The notes: a model not told the origin generated them from the sequence alone. A stretch of 64,000 nt of DNA from Octopus sinensis (GCF_006345805.1 NC_043020.1:22072001-22136000); one strand, 5' to 3'; shown: positions 35,501-50,847, numbered from the stretch's first letter. Numbers and translations are program-made.

Positions 35501-38050
35501 TTACTTAATACTGGCGAGGAGCGCAAAATAAAATGCAGACATAAGTTACTTTACCTATATAATAAGTTTCATGATAAATAGCAATAATAGTTCCCTTTTA
35601 GGTTACTTTAGTTTAGTTTAAATTAGTTTAGATAATATATTTTGGTTATGTTGTCTAGGCTTTAATTATAGTTAGTCTTTATTTATATTTCTTTGTTTTA
35701 ATTAGTTCATTTTTAATGTATATATTTTGGAGGATATATTTATATGTTTATGGGTGTTTTTTAGTGGTGTTTTTATTGAGTTTTGTATGTATGTGTGAAT
35801 GTTTAAGATCCCTTTGTTTTTTGTTTTTTATTTGGTATGTTGAATTGACAGATTTTTATTGGGTATTGTCTGTTATAATAAAGTACACACACCCATAACA
35901 AATATAGGTGCCCACTTCATTCGATGTACCTGGTATTGCATGTGAGCCTCGGTATATACACATAACGGCCAATCCCGGCCCACATGGATAAATAAACACA
36001 TACATCCCCAAAAATGGGCGTAATCCCATTCACACCAATTATATGTATACAATTATACACACTAGAATAATACATAACTAACCCAAATATACAGTACATA
36101 CTAAAAATCACCAACTAACCACTATCACAAATGAAACCCACACCCATACAATGACAAAATTCCCCCCTCCATACCCAATTTACACCCACATAGTAATCCC
36201 AATATATTCATCCATATATGGACGCAAGTGCGTGAAGCACATGCACACAATTAATACGTACAACCCCCTAATACACACTTATATAAATACGTATTAAGCT
36301 CGACATCCACAGTGATAAGATTACACCCACTCACACCCAGATGGGTGAATTGCACAACCAGGGAACGCACACACACACGTGTGCGTTTTTTGATTGTGCA
36401 ATTCGCCCATATGCATGTATGCGGGCGCGATTACATTGTTGCATATATCGAGCCCAAATAGCATGCATATTTACATGTGAGGGGTACACGCAAATGACGT
36501 GCGCATGTACCCCCTGCATTTATACCCGTGCGTAATATACACATGGACAAAATTTGTACCACACAGGTACAAATGTGTATAGTAATGGGAGCCCCATCAC
36601 TACACTCAATGTATACTCTCACCCATCCGCACGGATGTGTAAGTGTATCTCCGGTGTATATGTTGAGGCTTATAAGTAGCGTTTGGGTTACTGCAAGTTG
36701 TTTGTTAGTCTTTTTTTACATAAGTTATTTCTATGGTAACGTAATTTTGGTTTGATTTTTTAACGGCTAAGAATTTAATTTCACTTCATAATTTGACACT
36801 GAATTGTAAGTATGTATTTTATTTACCTTTATGTCATATTGTTATTTTTGATATTCTGGTTAATTAAGATGTATTTAATGTTGTTTTCATAGGAGTGTTT
36901 ATGTATATGAGATTGTGTGCGAGTTTTTAGTTGTATAATTTATTTATCTGTATGAGTGTGGGTGTGTAAATATTGTTGTATATATCGAGTTTAGTGAGTA
37001 TGTATATGCGTATATGTGAGGGAGTATATGTATCTGTTGTGTGTGTGTGTTTTGCGTGTGTGTGTGTTAGTGTGTGAATGTGTATATGGGTTTGTTATTT
37101 AGGTTTTGGGATGTATGAGTTAATTTGTCTGTGTGGGAGGGAGTGGGTTTATAAATAAAGACTAACTATAATTAAAGGAGTGGGTTTTGGTGTATATGGA
37201 GGTTTATAAGTTAGTTTAGGTATGTGTGGTGTTCGTTTTGCCACGTGAATTTTATTTTTAATTCCATTTATTCCATTTCTCCATTCATTAATTTAGAGAT
37301 GTTCGTTTCCAGAGCGGTTATACTTTTTATATATATGTTAAGTTCCTTGGTAAAGTAATTTTGTTTGGTGTATATGTTGAGGCTTATATGTACTTGTGGG
37401 TGTGTGTGAGTGGGGTGGGAGTTTGTATTTGTTATGGGTGTGTGGTTTACGAGTGGGTTTGTGTGTGAATGTATAGGTTAAAGGAATGCTATATAAGTAT
37501 GTTTTAGTGTTTAGTAAAGGGAGGTTTTATCATTCTGTTTTGTGAGTTTTAGCTTATCATGGTAGTTTTATAAAAGAATCCATTTAATTTTTGTGTTTAT
37601 TTTGTCTGTGTGGGGTTGAGTGGGTTTTTGGAGTATATGTTGAGGTTTATATGTATGTATTGGTATGTGTATGTGGGGTGGGTATTTGTATATGTCGTGG
37701 GTGTGTGGTTTACGTGTGTGTATTTGTGTGTGAATGTTTAGGTTAGGGGGATTGCTATATAGGTTTGTTATAGAGTTTAGTAAAGGGAGATTTTATCATT
37801 ATATGTTTTTATGAGTTTTGGTTATCATGGTAGGTTTGATAAGGAATTTGTAGTAATTTGTGTCTATTTGCGATGTCTGTTGTTTTATTGCATTGTTTCA
37901 TTCATAATTTTTAAGTAGTGTTCGTTTTACCAAGTGAATATAATTTTTAATTCCATTTATTCTATTTCTCCGTTCATAGTTTTGAGTGATGTCCATTTTC
38001 TAGAGCGTGAATGTGGGTTGTATGTGTGTGTGTGTGGGAGTATGAATAAG
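32536..38050. repeat. Complex G/T-rich tandem repeat, ~825-829-bp unit
   Basis: The marker CCACGTGAAT recurs at 32594, 33419, 34248 and 35076. Partial and shuffled copies at 36670-38050. Confidence 0.9.
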
Positions 38051-38681
38051 TATTGTGTTGAAGTATTTAGCTATTTTATTTATTTATAGTTGCCTAGACA
38101 TTTTTATGTGTATGTATAGGGATATATATATAGGTGTGTGATTTAGTGTATGTAGTTAGATATGGTTATATATAATTAGGTATATGCGTATGGGTGTATA
38201 TATAGTTTAATATTATATTATTATTATATTTTTTTTATTTTTTTATATTTTTTTTTTTGTTTTATATTTTATATTTTATATTTTATATTTTATATTTTAT
38301 TGTTGATAGGTTTTTTTAGTTTATATATTGTTTATATATTGATTATATATGGATTATAGAGAGGTTATATATGGATTATATACTTATATTTTTTCATTCA
38401 TACTTTAATTATTTTAAATTATTATTTTATTTTTAAAATATTGATTTTTTAGATTGGAAGTCCACCTGAAGATTGTCGATCAGACACAGAAACGATTGTA
38501 GTGGCGGTTTTTTTGACTATTTATTAAAATTTATGTATTGATTAAGTCTTTCCTTGTTTGTTTTGCAAAATAGTGGTTTTGTCTCGAATAATATTTTATA
38601 ATATTTTACTATAAAATCGATTTAATCCTAAATCTGATTTTTTCCCCTGTAAATTTGGATTTATTCCCTAATATTTATTAT

Positions 38682-39826
<1,145 letters not shown>

Positions 39827-42800
39827 TGGATCATCCCATAAATAATGCAGTTTTTTTATACTTCTGTTATTTTTCAAAATTAAGATAAAGTTCTTTCTTA
39901 ATCTAAAATATGCTTTCCTTCATTTTCTACAATGCTCATATACTATATCAATATTCCTCGCACTTTCGGTTGGGTTGTTGTCTTTATTGAACTCCTAAAG
40001 CAAAATATGCTGAACATGCTCCTTTGTCACTTCCATTATAGCTTTGCAAAAAATAACTGTTAAAATTGAACTGTACTCTTCAAAACTTGCACTAAGAATA
40101 AGGACAAGGTTAAATTACTACCTGCTTTTATAGCAAGTTGATGCAGGTAGTTTATGCCACCTCCTTCCGACTATTAGCTGATGCAATTGAAAAAAACCAC
40201 ATTATTTATGAGATGACCAAATATACATACATATATGTATATTATTTATGGGACGACCCTATATTCAACATAGATCACTTTCTTGCCTTATTTTTTTGTT
40301 TCATTTTAAAACTGTAGACATTGTAGCATGTCTGTTTTTCCATGCTGTCATGTATTGGATGGGAACTGATTTTGAGGCAGTTTATTATAGCTGGATGCTG
40401 TTCTTGTCACCAACCATCCTCTGTTTTCCATGCAAAAGATTCTTCTTACATTTCACACATTATCAAGAGTGCAGAGCAGCCAATAGTGATGCCAACTTAA
40501 AATGTAAACGTCTCTATTGTTTCGCTCAAACCAGTGAAAGCAAAATCTCAACATTCATACACATCTGTGCATTCTCCCCCCCCCTCTCTCTCTCTCTCAC
40601 ACACACATACAATGTGATGAGCTCACTACAGTTTCTATTAACCAAATCCACTCACAAAGTTTGATCAGCCCAAAGCTGTAATAGAAGACACTTGCCTAAA
40701 GTACTGTGTTGTGGGACTGAATTCCAAAACCATGCAGAGAACTTCCTTACCACCTGTGTGTGCGTGTATAATTCAGTAATTCACTTCATGAATATGTGGT
40801 TTCAAGATCAATCCCACTGCAAGTATCTTTTCCCATAGCCTTAGGCCAATCATTGCTTTGTGAGTAAAATTTGACAGAATACTTACAAAAGTCCATTACG
40901 TGTGTGTATGTTTGTGCATGCCTGCTTATCTCCATATGTCTTTCTATTGATAAATACTTGATCAGTGCTGACATTGCTAATGTCCCTTATAAAAAGATGC
41001 CCAGCAGTTTAGTAATTCAAAGTGTGAAATAAAGCATGTTTCTTATAAACCAGTAAGAGTTGGTGTTAGGAAAGACATTTTGGAATGTTCCCCCAAGAAC
41101 AGCCTGGAAATATGTGGACATGACATATACATACATATATATGCATATACACATACACCCACATATAAGCACAGGTGTGGCTGTGTGGTTGAGAAGCTTG
41201 CTTCCCATCCATATTCTTCTGGGTTCAGGCCCCTTGTGTGGTACCTTGAGTGAGTGTCTTTTTCTATAGCCCCAAGCTGATCAAAGCCTTGTGAGTAAAT
41301 CTGGCTGATGGAAACTGAAAGAAGCCCATCATATACTGATGTGTATGAGTGTGTCACTTTGTCCTGACATCATGTAATAGTTAGAAATGAATGTCACTGT
41401 TATACAAGTTGTGCCATTCATTTCCAATATTCTCCAAAAACATGTCTAACCTGAGGGAAATGTTAGTTTGCTTGGAAACAGAGGAGGGTTGAGGTCCAAC
41501 TGTAGAATAATCTGCCTTAATAAACTTTGTGTAACCCATGTGAGCATGGAAAAGTGAGCATTAAAATTATGATGACATACATGCATCTCTCTCTCTCTCT
41601 CTACATGTATATCAGCAGTAATCATGTTTTTCCACCCTGCTACATGTTACATGTGTTTCACAATTTGTCATCTTGTCATCTCCTCCATGTGATTTAACAT
41701 CTTAGGATCAAGTTCCACAACTTCTTCCTCTTACACAAATCCCTTTCACTGTAGTCGTTTGTCTCTTCTTTGTCCAACTGCCATCCCTCATTTGCATCAC
41801 ATCCTCACCAATTCTCTGATTGAATCTTTCAGTTCCTATTGTTCTTCCTCCGTTCACAGACACCCCATCGTTCATTTACAATCTTCCTGTTTTCTTTTTT
41901 TTTTCTGGAAAATAATTGAAGTATCCAGTATTTTTGGGTTTTTTTTAATGTGTAATGTGAATGTGATTTGGCTGCTTTTTTTAGTAGGTCAAGTAACTGG
42001 CTTCTTCATTGGCTCATGTAACCTGTTTGCAAGCTAGGTTGGTTGAGGCCAGCAGTTAGAAGAGACCTCAGTGGTGTCTCATTGCTGTTGCCAACCATTC
42101 CACACAGCCCCACCCTAATAGACAAACATGATGTGGGAAATTGAAGGAAGAGGACCAATAACAGCAGAATTGGTAGTGGTGGTGTTTGAACTGTTCCCTA
42201 TTTCAATGCAGATGCCTTTTTTTCAGCTTTACTGAAAGGAAAGAAGAGGAAGAACTAAAGTAATTAGAATGAGGTCACAGTTCATGTGACTGAAAATATT
42301 GAAGAGAGCATGTGAGGATTTAAGGGTCAAAGGTTAAATAAATAAAATATTCTATGAATGAACTATTAGTTTGTAAGGATTTGTTTGATAGAAACGTTAA
42401 AAGTTTACCTCCTCCCCTTCTTCCCCCCTTTTCTTGCTTCCCTCACTCCTGTCTCCCTTGCTATCACAATCATTCATAAAACCAAATAGGACCTCTTAGC
42501 CGTTTGACAGGCTAGAAATAGCAGCCAGAGTCACCCCTCCTTCCCCGTAAACTGTGCTCTTTCTCATAAAAGAAGAAAAAAAACTACATCAGATAATATA
42601 GTCCAAGGTACACTACGCATGATAAAAAGACAGAAGGGGTGGTCTTTACTGGAATGTTCATTATATTTCAGCTCAATTTCGGTTGTTCCCTGCAAAATCA
42701 CAACAAATACATTTCTAGATATATATAGAAATGGTGAGAAGCTTGCTTACCAACCACATGGTTCCGGGTTCAGTCCCACTGTGTGGCATCTTGGACAAGT

Positions 42801-43559
42801 GTCTTTTACTATGGCCCCGGGTCTCTAAGCCTTGTGAGTGGATTTGGTGGACAGAAACTGAAAGAAGGCCGTCGTATATATATATGTGTGTGTGTGTGTT
42901 AGTCATCCACCACCATCGCTTGACAACAGATGTTGGTGTGTTTACATCCATGTAACTTAGCGGTTCGGCAAAGAGACCGATAGAATTAGTACTAGACTTA
43001 CAAAGAATAAGTCCTGGAGTTGATTTGTTCAACTAAGGCGGTACTCCAGCATGGCCGCAGTCAAATGATTGAAACAAGTAAAAATATTTTTATTTATATT
43101 TGTTGTTCTTACGTGTGGGTTCATCACCACTATCGACGATGAGCATTCAACAGCTCGGCCAGCTGAACCCCCATTCATAAAATTAACTTGTAAACACTTA
43201 AAATGCGTGTAACACAATTCTCAGGTCCACTTGGCTTAATACTACAACAAGACTGGGCATTTGAATTTGTGGGGAAATCCAGAGGTTTTCTTGTGTGGTT
43301 AAGAAGCTTGCTTTGCAACGGCGTGGTTTTGGGTTCAGTTTCATGGCGTTCCATCTTAGGTAACTGTTTTCAACTATAGCACCGGGTTGACCAAAGCCTT
43401 GTGAGTGGATTTGATAGATGGAAACTAAAAGAAGCCCTTCGTGTAAGTGTGTGTATATAAAATGTGCGTGCAGATAGAGGTGAATTCAGGTTGAAAGTGA
43501 CAGTTTGCATAAAAGTATTTTGAAAAATTAAAAGATATCAACAAGATTATGGTTGGGAG

Positions 43560-44140
43560 ATAACAGTTTACTTAGAGTAACCACCCTCGGCCTCTAGCCC
43601 GGCCCTTCCGAACCTAGCGTTTGCGTTCCATACTATGTCACTGAAAAGATCTTTTGAACACCTTTCATCTTGGCAATAACTTTGACCTTTAATATTGCTG
43701 GTTGAGCGGTTGGTATCTTTCTCAACCGTGACCCACGTATAGAAATCCATGGGATAACAACCGGGGTGGGATGGGGAATTTAGAGGCCAGAAATTTGGGC
43801 TGGTGAAGTCGTAGGGATTCTCCGACAACCACTTCTGACTGCTTCCAGGGCCATTGCAATTAGCCACACATATGGCTTTCCAGTAGCAACCATCTCCATC
43901 TAAGGTTTGGCCAGTCTCCAGCAGTATCACATAGTCGGCTGAAGTGAGCCTCAGGCCCTGTTCAAAGACATGGGGTGGCAAGACCTCACACCCAAAGACA
44001 TCACAATTTGGGAGAACTTCGTTTTCATGATGGTCATGTCAAATAGCTTATACATTGTTCAGAAAGTATTGAGCAGCAGTCATGATGCTGGCATTCTGAT
44101 ATCCGTTGCGAATCTTCATGATGCGAGTCACTCTTTTCCA
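43560..44140 (-). mobile_element. Tc1/mariner (maT/DD37D-like) transposase relic
   Basis: MPPHVFEQGLRLTSADYVILLET...QKWLSENPYDFTSPNFWPLNSP...PMDFYTWVTVEKDTN...EAEGG matches the maT-type C-terminus, with frameshifts. Confidence 0.8.
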
Positions 44141-44150
44141 GTATTCAGAT

Positions 44151-44540
44151 TAGGGACGTGCCGCCTGGGTAGGCAGTGCCTACCCTGAATAAAATAGATC
44201 AATAGTAACATTTTCCTTTTATGGCAAAATATGTACATAATTCAATAAAACTATGAAGGTTACTATGCATAAAAGGCAAAATATATATATTTTTTGTAGA
44301 TTAGGTAGGAATAATTTGTCCCTGTCTTTCAATCTCAGTATTAAAGCTACGCATGGTACTGCTGTAGTGCGCGTGCTGCGTACATTCCTACAACAACGTT
44401 TTCTTTACGTGATATAAAAGCAGAAATAAATCTGCCTCCAACTCAGTCGTGCGCGTGTGTTTCGCTTATTTTTTTCTGTGTTTTACTACATAAATGTCAC
44501 CAACTGCCTACCCTGAGTAATTACTGACGGCGCGAACCTG
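44151..44540. mobile_element. hAT-type MITE (390 bp) inserted into the maT relic
   Basis: Exact 8-bp TSD ATTCAGAT (44143-44150 and 44541-44548). Termini TAGGGACG.../...CGCGAACCTG; subterminal GGGTAGGCAG / CTGCCTACCC. Confidence 0.85.
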
Positions 44541-44859
44541 ATTCAGATAGCTTCCAGTGGTTCGTTTCAGCTAACGTTTTCTCAACTGCAACTTTAATCT
44601 TTATGATCTCCAACACCATTGACCGTTCACCAATACACGAAAGGAAACAAAAATATCTTCAAATTTAGCCCAAACAACTTGTGTAAATGTCTCACATATT
44701 TCTAAGCTAAAGTTAATACAAATCTAAACCCCATGAGAATAGCCATGTCTCTTCTCCCTGAGTCACAGAACGAATTTCACTCTGGACAAGGCACAGGGAA
44801 CATAATTTCTGACATCTGTCAACTTCAAAAAAAAAAAAAAGAAGAAAAAAGAAAAGAGC

Positions 44860-45640
44860 CAAAGAATCCAAGCTGTTACACATTTTGTTCTACGGTTTGA
44901 CCAAGAATATTCACAGTAAATGCTGTAGAACACTTGGGAAAATATTTCAGAAGCTTGGCATTTCACTAAAATTCGGTCATCATTCGCTCCCTTCAATCAG
45001 CATTATCATTATTTGAGATCGAAATGATGTGAAACAAGGGGACATCTTTGCATCAACTCTCTTCTATATCTCTGTACTGTTTATCTTGCTGCTGTAAATA
45101 AAAACGAGACCGTTTAACGTGTAGAACTAAAGACTGGATATCTTGAATCAAATCTGGTTTTTGTTGAAATTTAAAGCATCAAAGAATATTATGTCAGAAA
45201 TGCAGATGACAATGCTGAGTCCAAACCTGATCAAATCCCGTTCTGACAAATGAATGACTCGTGCGTTTTACACTCTAACAGTTTAACATCAACGAGTCTC
45301 AACCTGTATCGACCTCTTCCAAGGTCCACCCAGTAAAACAGAAATAACCCTTAACAACTTGAACAAATAAGATTCCTGCTTTCCATATCTTAGTTATCTT
45401 ATCTTATCTTATCTTCATCATATCTTATCTTCAAATGTGACCATCCACAATGATATTAGCAATAGGAAATGCTCACTCAATGCCGCATATGAGAAACTTC
45501 AGCCAAGAGTCTTCCGGAACCACAAGCTCGAAATTGCTACCAAACAGTCAATGTGATGAGCGGTAATTATCAACACACTTTTCATGTTTGTGAGACAAGA
45601 CGTGAATTTCTTTCTTATCAATGTCACATCAAACTGCTGG
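44860..45640 (+). mobile_element. RTE LINE reverse-transcriptase fragment
   Basis: Degenerate NDVKQGDIFASTLFYI (GVKQG motif) and NDISNRKCSLNAAYEKLQPRVFRNHKL. Confidence 0.7.
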
Positions 45641-45944
45641 GCTTGTGTCTGAATTACAAACAATTAATATTGTTGTTTAGGTAGCGAGCTGGTAGAATCT
45701 AACATGCCGAACAAAGTGCTTAGCAGCATCTCGTCCATCTTTATGCAATAAGTTCAAATGCCGCCGAGCTCGACTTTGCTTTTCATCCTTTCGGGGTCGA
45801 TAAAATAAGTACCAGTTGAACACTGAGGTCGATTTAATCGACTTGCCCTCACCTCAAATTCCAGGCTTTATGCTAATGGTAGAAAGCATTATTATTGTTG
45901 CAAGCAGCAAGCTGGCAGAATCATGGGTGTGTCAGACAAAATGC

Positions 45945-46880
45945 TTAAGGCATGATCAAACCCTCTCTTTGAAGCCTGAAAATTCTTCTTTGTCTTTTCA
46001 AAGAAACCGATTGAAATTCAGTTCGATTCAGAGTTTTCTTTGTGTAGGACCAAGCAGACTCTGCAGTCTGTGCCTCCTTTAGCTTCAAGAGAATCGATCT
46101 AACCTGCAGACTGTGATTTGAGCCAACACCTGCCCATGTGGTAGTACCACCATTTGGTACTAATGCAGACGCAGTCGATTTCATCTCGTTTCTGCTGTTA
46201 TTGCACGGTGAAGTTTATGTAGTTTTATGGGATGTGATTGTGGATGAAGAACATGAGACTGAGCCTGCAGCAGCTACTCCCTGCCAGCAACTTCTCACCA
46301 TTGTTGATTGTGTTGTTGGCTGAATCACGAGACCCTCATCATGGAGACTGTCATGGCTGTCATTTTTCAGTTTGAGTAATGACGGTATCCACCTCCAGTT
46401 TCATTGCTCTGTCGTGGCATGCTGTTCAGGACAGGTTACATTCTCCCTCTGTTGGGGCGTAGATCTGCTTTGGACCTCACTGTAACAAGCCAATCAATCA
46501 ATGACCTCCAACCAATTAATACTGTTGTATCTTCACACAAGTTGATGTTAAAGTTTTGGGTATGAATGATCTTCCTGATCAGAATGGAGGACAACCTTCT
46601 TTCCAACGATGATACATTCCTGGCCGAACTAACGTGTCTCGCTGATATCCAAGATATCTATGTGATCAATGTCCATATCTTGTCTCATCTGTTTCATCAA
46701 TCCACTATAGAACAGAGAATAAACATTCCAGGTGACCATTCTTGAGGTGTTCTTCACTTTGAAGACCTGACTTATAAAAAGCGGTGTGATCTTTGGCTTT
46801 GTCCTGATTCCATCATAGATACATCGGTGGATGCACTGACTCATTGCTGTTTTGTTAATAAATGGTTGCATCTGCTCCTC
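45945..46880 (-). mobile_element. RTE LINE AP-endonuclease 5' fragment
   Basis: TSRMVTWNVYSLF...DILDISETR, QIYAPTE, DEIDCVCISTKW and AGVGSNH match the APE motifs TWNVR, ISETRW, YAPT, IDH and SDH. Confidence 0.8.
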
Positions 46881-49030
46881 TTTTCTGTAGTAATATCAAT
46901 ACTGAAGGGGCTGGGCCCTACCCTTACACACATTTTGCCCCATCGAGCATTCCTAACATCTCATTTCCCTAACACCCACTATTCCATCACTCCTTTACCT
47001 AATGGCACCACTCTTCTGCTGTAATTATCTGAGATTAGAGCCGGAGCATATTATCTTAAACCCACCCTCATTCATTGTTTGTGTAATGAATTACCGCCTA
47101 TAAGGCGGCGAGCTGGCATAAACGTTAGCACGCCGGGCGAAATGCTTCGTGGTATTTCGTCTGCCGCTACGTTCTGAGTTCAAATTCCGCCGAGGTCGAC
47201 TTTGCCTTTTATCCTTTTCAGGGTCGATAAATTAAGTACCAGTTGCATACTGCAGTCAATCTAATCAACTGACCCTCCTCCCCCAAAATTTCAGGCCTTG
47301 TGCCTAGACTAGAAAAGAATGACTTAACCCTACCCACCTCGAAAGTCTCCCATCCCACACTGCCGTCATCATCATCATCATCATTTAGCGTCCGCTTTCC
47401 ATGCTAGCATGGGTTGGACGGGTCGACTGGGGTCTGTGAAGCTGGAAGGCTTCGTCAGGCCCAGTCAGATCTGGCAGTGTTTCTACGGCTGGATGCCCTT
47501 CCTAACGCCAACCACTCCGCGAGTGTAGTGGGTGTTTTTTACGTGCCACCTGCATCATACCTTATTTTCATTGCTCACCTCCCTTCTGCACCTTCAGTTA
47601 TCTCTCCCTCTCCTCTGCCTCACTTAATCTAAACACTTCTCATATCTGATGTCATTCTCAATGCCCTCTCATAACTGCCATCATGCCCCACTCACCATAG
47701 CCAACCTTATGTACCCCTGCGTCTCTCTGCCTTCCGTTCCTGCACTTTGCTTATCATCCATCTATTTCCTGATTTATCCGCCCCGAGCCATTTCTATCTC
47801 TCCCACCTTACCCCCTCTCAATACTGATATTTCCCAACGCAGACAGGTAAATTCTCTGATTCTTTCTTTCTCTTTTTTTTCTATCCATCTCTAAGAAGTC
47901 AACAAAAGATGAAATCTGTGGATCACAGAACGGCAAATAACCCAAGTACATCAACGTGAATAAGCTGTATCTTACATTATAGAATTAAAATAAAAGCCAT
48001 ATCAACTGATATTTTTCTTCCTCTCATTTGTTACATATATATCGTCACACTTGTACCTTGAAGGTTTGCTCAGGGTCCTACCACAACTATTCTATCTTCT
48101 TCCCAGCTACACTCACCCACCCTTATAAAACGCAGGATAACCATGTATCTTCTCTTTTGCAAGACATATGCACTTGTCCCCTATCAAACTTTAGCCTCTC
48201 AATACCTCGTATAAAGCAAACTCCGCTCAAATAGTCGATGCGGCGAGTTTTCTTTTTCTTTTTCCATTTCCTTCTTCTTTCCTGTTTTGCAAGTTTCTAC
48301 AAGGTGACCTCAGTAGTGTCGGTGGCGAGAGAAAAGCACGCAGTATAAACTGGCGTTAAGAACGGCATCCAGCCATAGAAACAACGCAAAATTGACATTG
48401 AGGTCTCGTCGCAGCCCTGCGGCTATCCTGATCTTATCAACCCACTCAATCCATAACAGCATGGTGAGCGAACTCTAAATGATGATGATGATAATGGTAA
48501 GGTTGTTCGCCTTGTACATCGTCCTTCCTTCATTCCCAACTTTGGCCTGGGACCGGCTTTGCTGGTTACGAACCTAGAATTTCAAAGTCGATTTAGAGAA
48601 CCCGTATTCCTAGATAGGGGTTCATTTCGGTGAGTCAACTGAGCTGGGGACTCGTGTAAGACAGGGTTGTCACGCCCTAGAATTATGGGTAATGTTTTAG
48701 ATCTCAATAAGTTTATTTTATTACCATAATCACCAAAAACAAAATATTTGAAATGTTGCCATTTTACGTACTTATACCGAAAGAAATTATGAGGCAAAAC
48801 TAATGATTTGGAATTAAAGTGTTAGTCCACAAACGCTTTAGTAGAGGAGACAGTCGATAAAATCGAAGCTAGTACTTGGAACAAAGAAACAAAAGCACAA
48901 CAAAATAGCGAAATAATGAACAAAAGCAGTCAGAAAGAAATATCCTCCGTTTTACACCACAATTCACGCAGCAAATGGTTGTCGCAAATAGCAACGAGGA
49001 ACGCTTTTATAGCGGAGCACCGTTATTAGG

Positions 49031-49053
49031 ATCACATGACATGTCAGCTGACA
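49031..49053. promoter_or_regulatory. M-box/CLEAR-like motif with overlapping palindromes upstream of MFSD1
   Basis: ATCACATGAC (reverse complement GTCATGTGAT) overlaps TGACATGTCA and TGTCAGCTGACA, about 660 bp upstream of the ATG. Function is inferred only. Confidence 0.3.
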
Positions 49054-49074
49054 AAGTGTGTAAGTGCAGCCTTT

Positions 49075-49107
<33 letters not shown>

Positions 49108-49698
49108 TTGTGTACATATCACACACAAACACACATATATGTGTGTGTATGTGTGTTTGTGTGGTGTATATATAACGCACTGTTGATTACTTGGCTGTGA
49201 TCTGTTTTATACGACTTATCTCTTCCTCATCATCATTGTAATTCGTTCTTTATCTCTTCCATTTACATCTACACATACAAACATATGTATACACACACAT
49301 AATCGTACATTTATATATGTATATACACACTGATCTCTTGTAAATATCGTGTCCAGAGTCTCTTATAAACACACAACAAATATATTATATATATATATAT
49401 ATTACATATATATATATATATATATTACATCTATATATATTTACGAAGCACCTGTTTAAACTCGGACGTTATCTATTGTAATTCTCCTCCCTAAACATTT
49501 AAATCTCTCTCCCACCCTTGTAAATATCACTCCCCCTCTATATATACTTACTAACTCTATCTGTATCTCTCTGTCTTTCCCTCTCACTCTCTTGTACTTT
49601 ATATACTATATATATCCGCCTGTGTCTTCCTGTGGTCCTTCTGTCCGCTGCCGTTGTTCTTCATATCACATCTCAAACAAACCGTCAGGACTGCAAAG

Positions 49699-49870
49699 AT
49701 GTCTTTAGAGGAGGCTGACGAGAAAACGGCCCTGATTCGATCCACTGAACAATATGGAGAAGAAGAGGAAGAAGAAGAATTATCCGGGTGCGGGGCCACT
49801 TTACCATGTAATCCCCGTCGGAACTTACATCGATACCTCATCCTTTTTATCATGTGTTTCCTTAGTTTTG
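49699..49870 (+). CDS. MFSD1: Major facilitator superfamily domain-containing protein 1 (lysosomal transporter), first coding exon
   Basis: ATG in aagATG context (A at -3), phase-1 donor G|gtaagt. Encodes MSLEEADEKTALIRSTEQYGEEEEEEELSGCGATLPCNPRRNLHRYLILFIMCFLSF(G), matching the recalled MFSD1 pattern ...ALCDPSRLAHRLLVLLLMCFLGFG. EKTALI fits the [DE]xxxL[LI] motif. Exon 2 (SYFCYDNP) was not found in the window. Confidence 0.9.
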
Positions 49871-50847
49871 GTAAGTTTTTTTTTTTTTTACTTGTTTGCT
49901 TTCTTTTGTTTTTTCTTTTAAATTTCAAATGTTCTCTTCAACAACAATCATCACCATCAAAGTAACTGAAACTAATGCAAATACTAGAAGAATAACCATC
50001 CCCACCATCAACTTTAGCAACTACTTCCACAACCACACTAGAAATAACACATTGGATAACGTGGTTTGAACACAAACAGACGGGATAGCCATGGCTGGCT
50101 GGAATACCTTTGACCATGAGGTCAAACTTGGGCGCTGAACTACAACAACTAATACTGCTACATCAAACAACCACGTTCACCACTATTACTACCACCACAG
50201 CAACAACCACAGTGATCACCACACCGCGGGCTAGAAATAGCAGTCAAACAATATATCCTTCAAATCCAACTTTACCGCCCTTTTCACACTGAGACGTCAG
50301 AGTATAGATAATGCTATGACAAATTTTTCCCTTGAAAACCACGGCTGGAGTGTCATTGGTCATATAGATCGTTTGACCAGGGTTGACAGAACATAACAGC
50401 AGCTACAGATGCCATCACCACCAACAACAACCTGTGTTTAAATCCCTCCCACAATAACAATAACAGCAATTATTATTTACAGGTCACCGTCTAATTAATC
50501 AGTGGAGCGTAGTGATTATAATGATAGGGTGTGTGTGGATTTGGTCTGAGATCCTAATGAATTCTAACAAAAAAAGCTAGGGTGGAATAATGTGTGTGTG
50601 TCTAGCCCAAAATTAATGTTTTGCTCTTGTTCCTAAATTTATATTGTCCATCCGTCTGTCCATGTTTTTCTGTTACGATCTCGTAAAATCTTTGAATATT
50701 ATTTACGTAAGGCAAATAATATATATAAAATCTGGAGGTCCCACTGCGAATTACAAAAACATTAAATGAACTGCTTAAAAATTTTCCATTGTTATTTGTA
50801 AGTGGTGCATATGGTAATAAGTAAAAAAAAAAAAAAAAAAAAAATCG

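Noticed and set aside
40248-40664. 138-aa ORF containing FEAVY as a missing GCDH exon
   Set aside because: No GGNG, NLE or TYEG motifs; the similarity is coincidental.
49654-49698. N-terminal extension of MFSD1 in the ORF track
   Set aside because: It starts at a TTG; the first ATG (49699) has a good context and matches the expected N-terminus.
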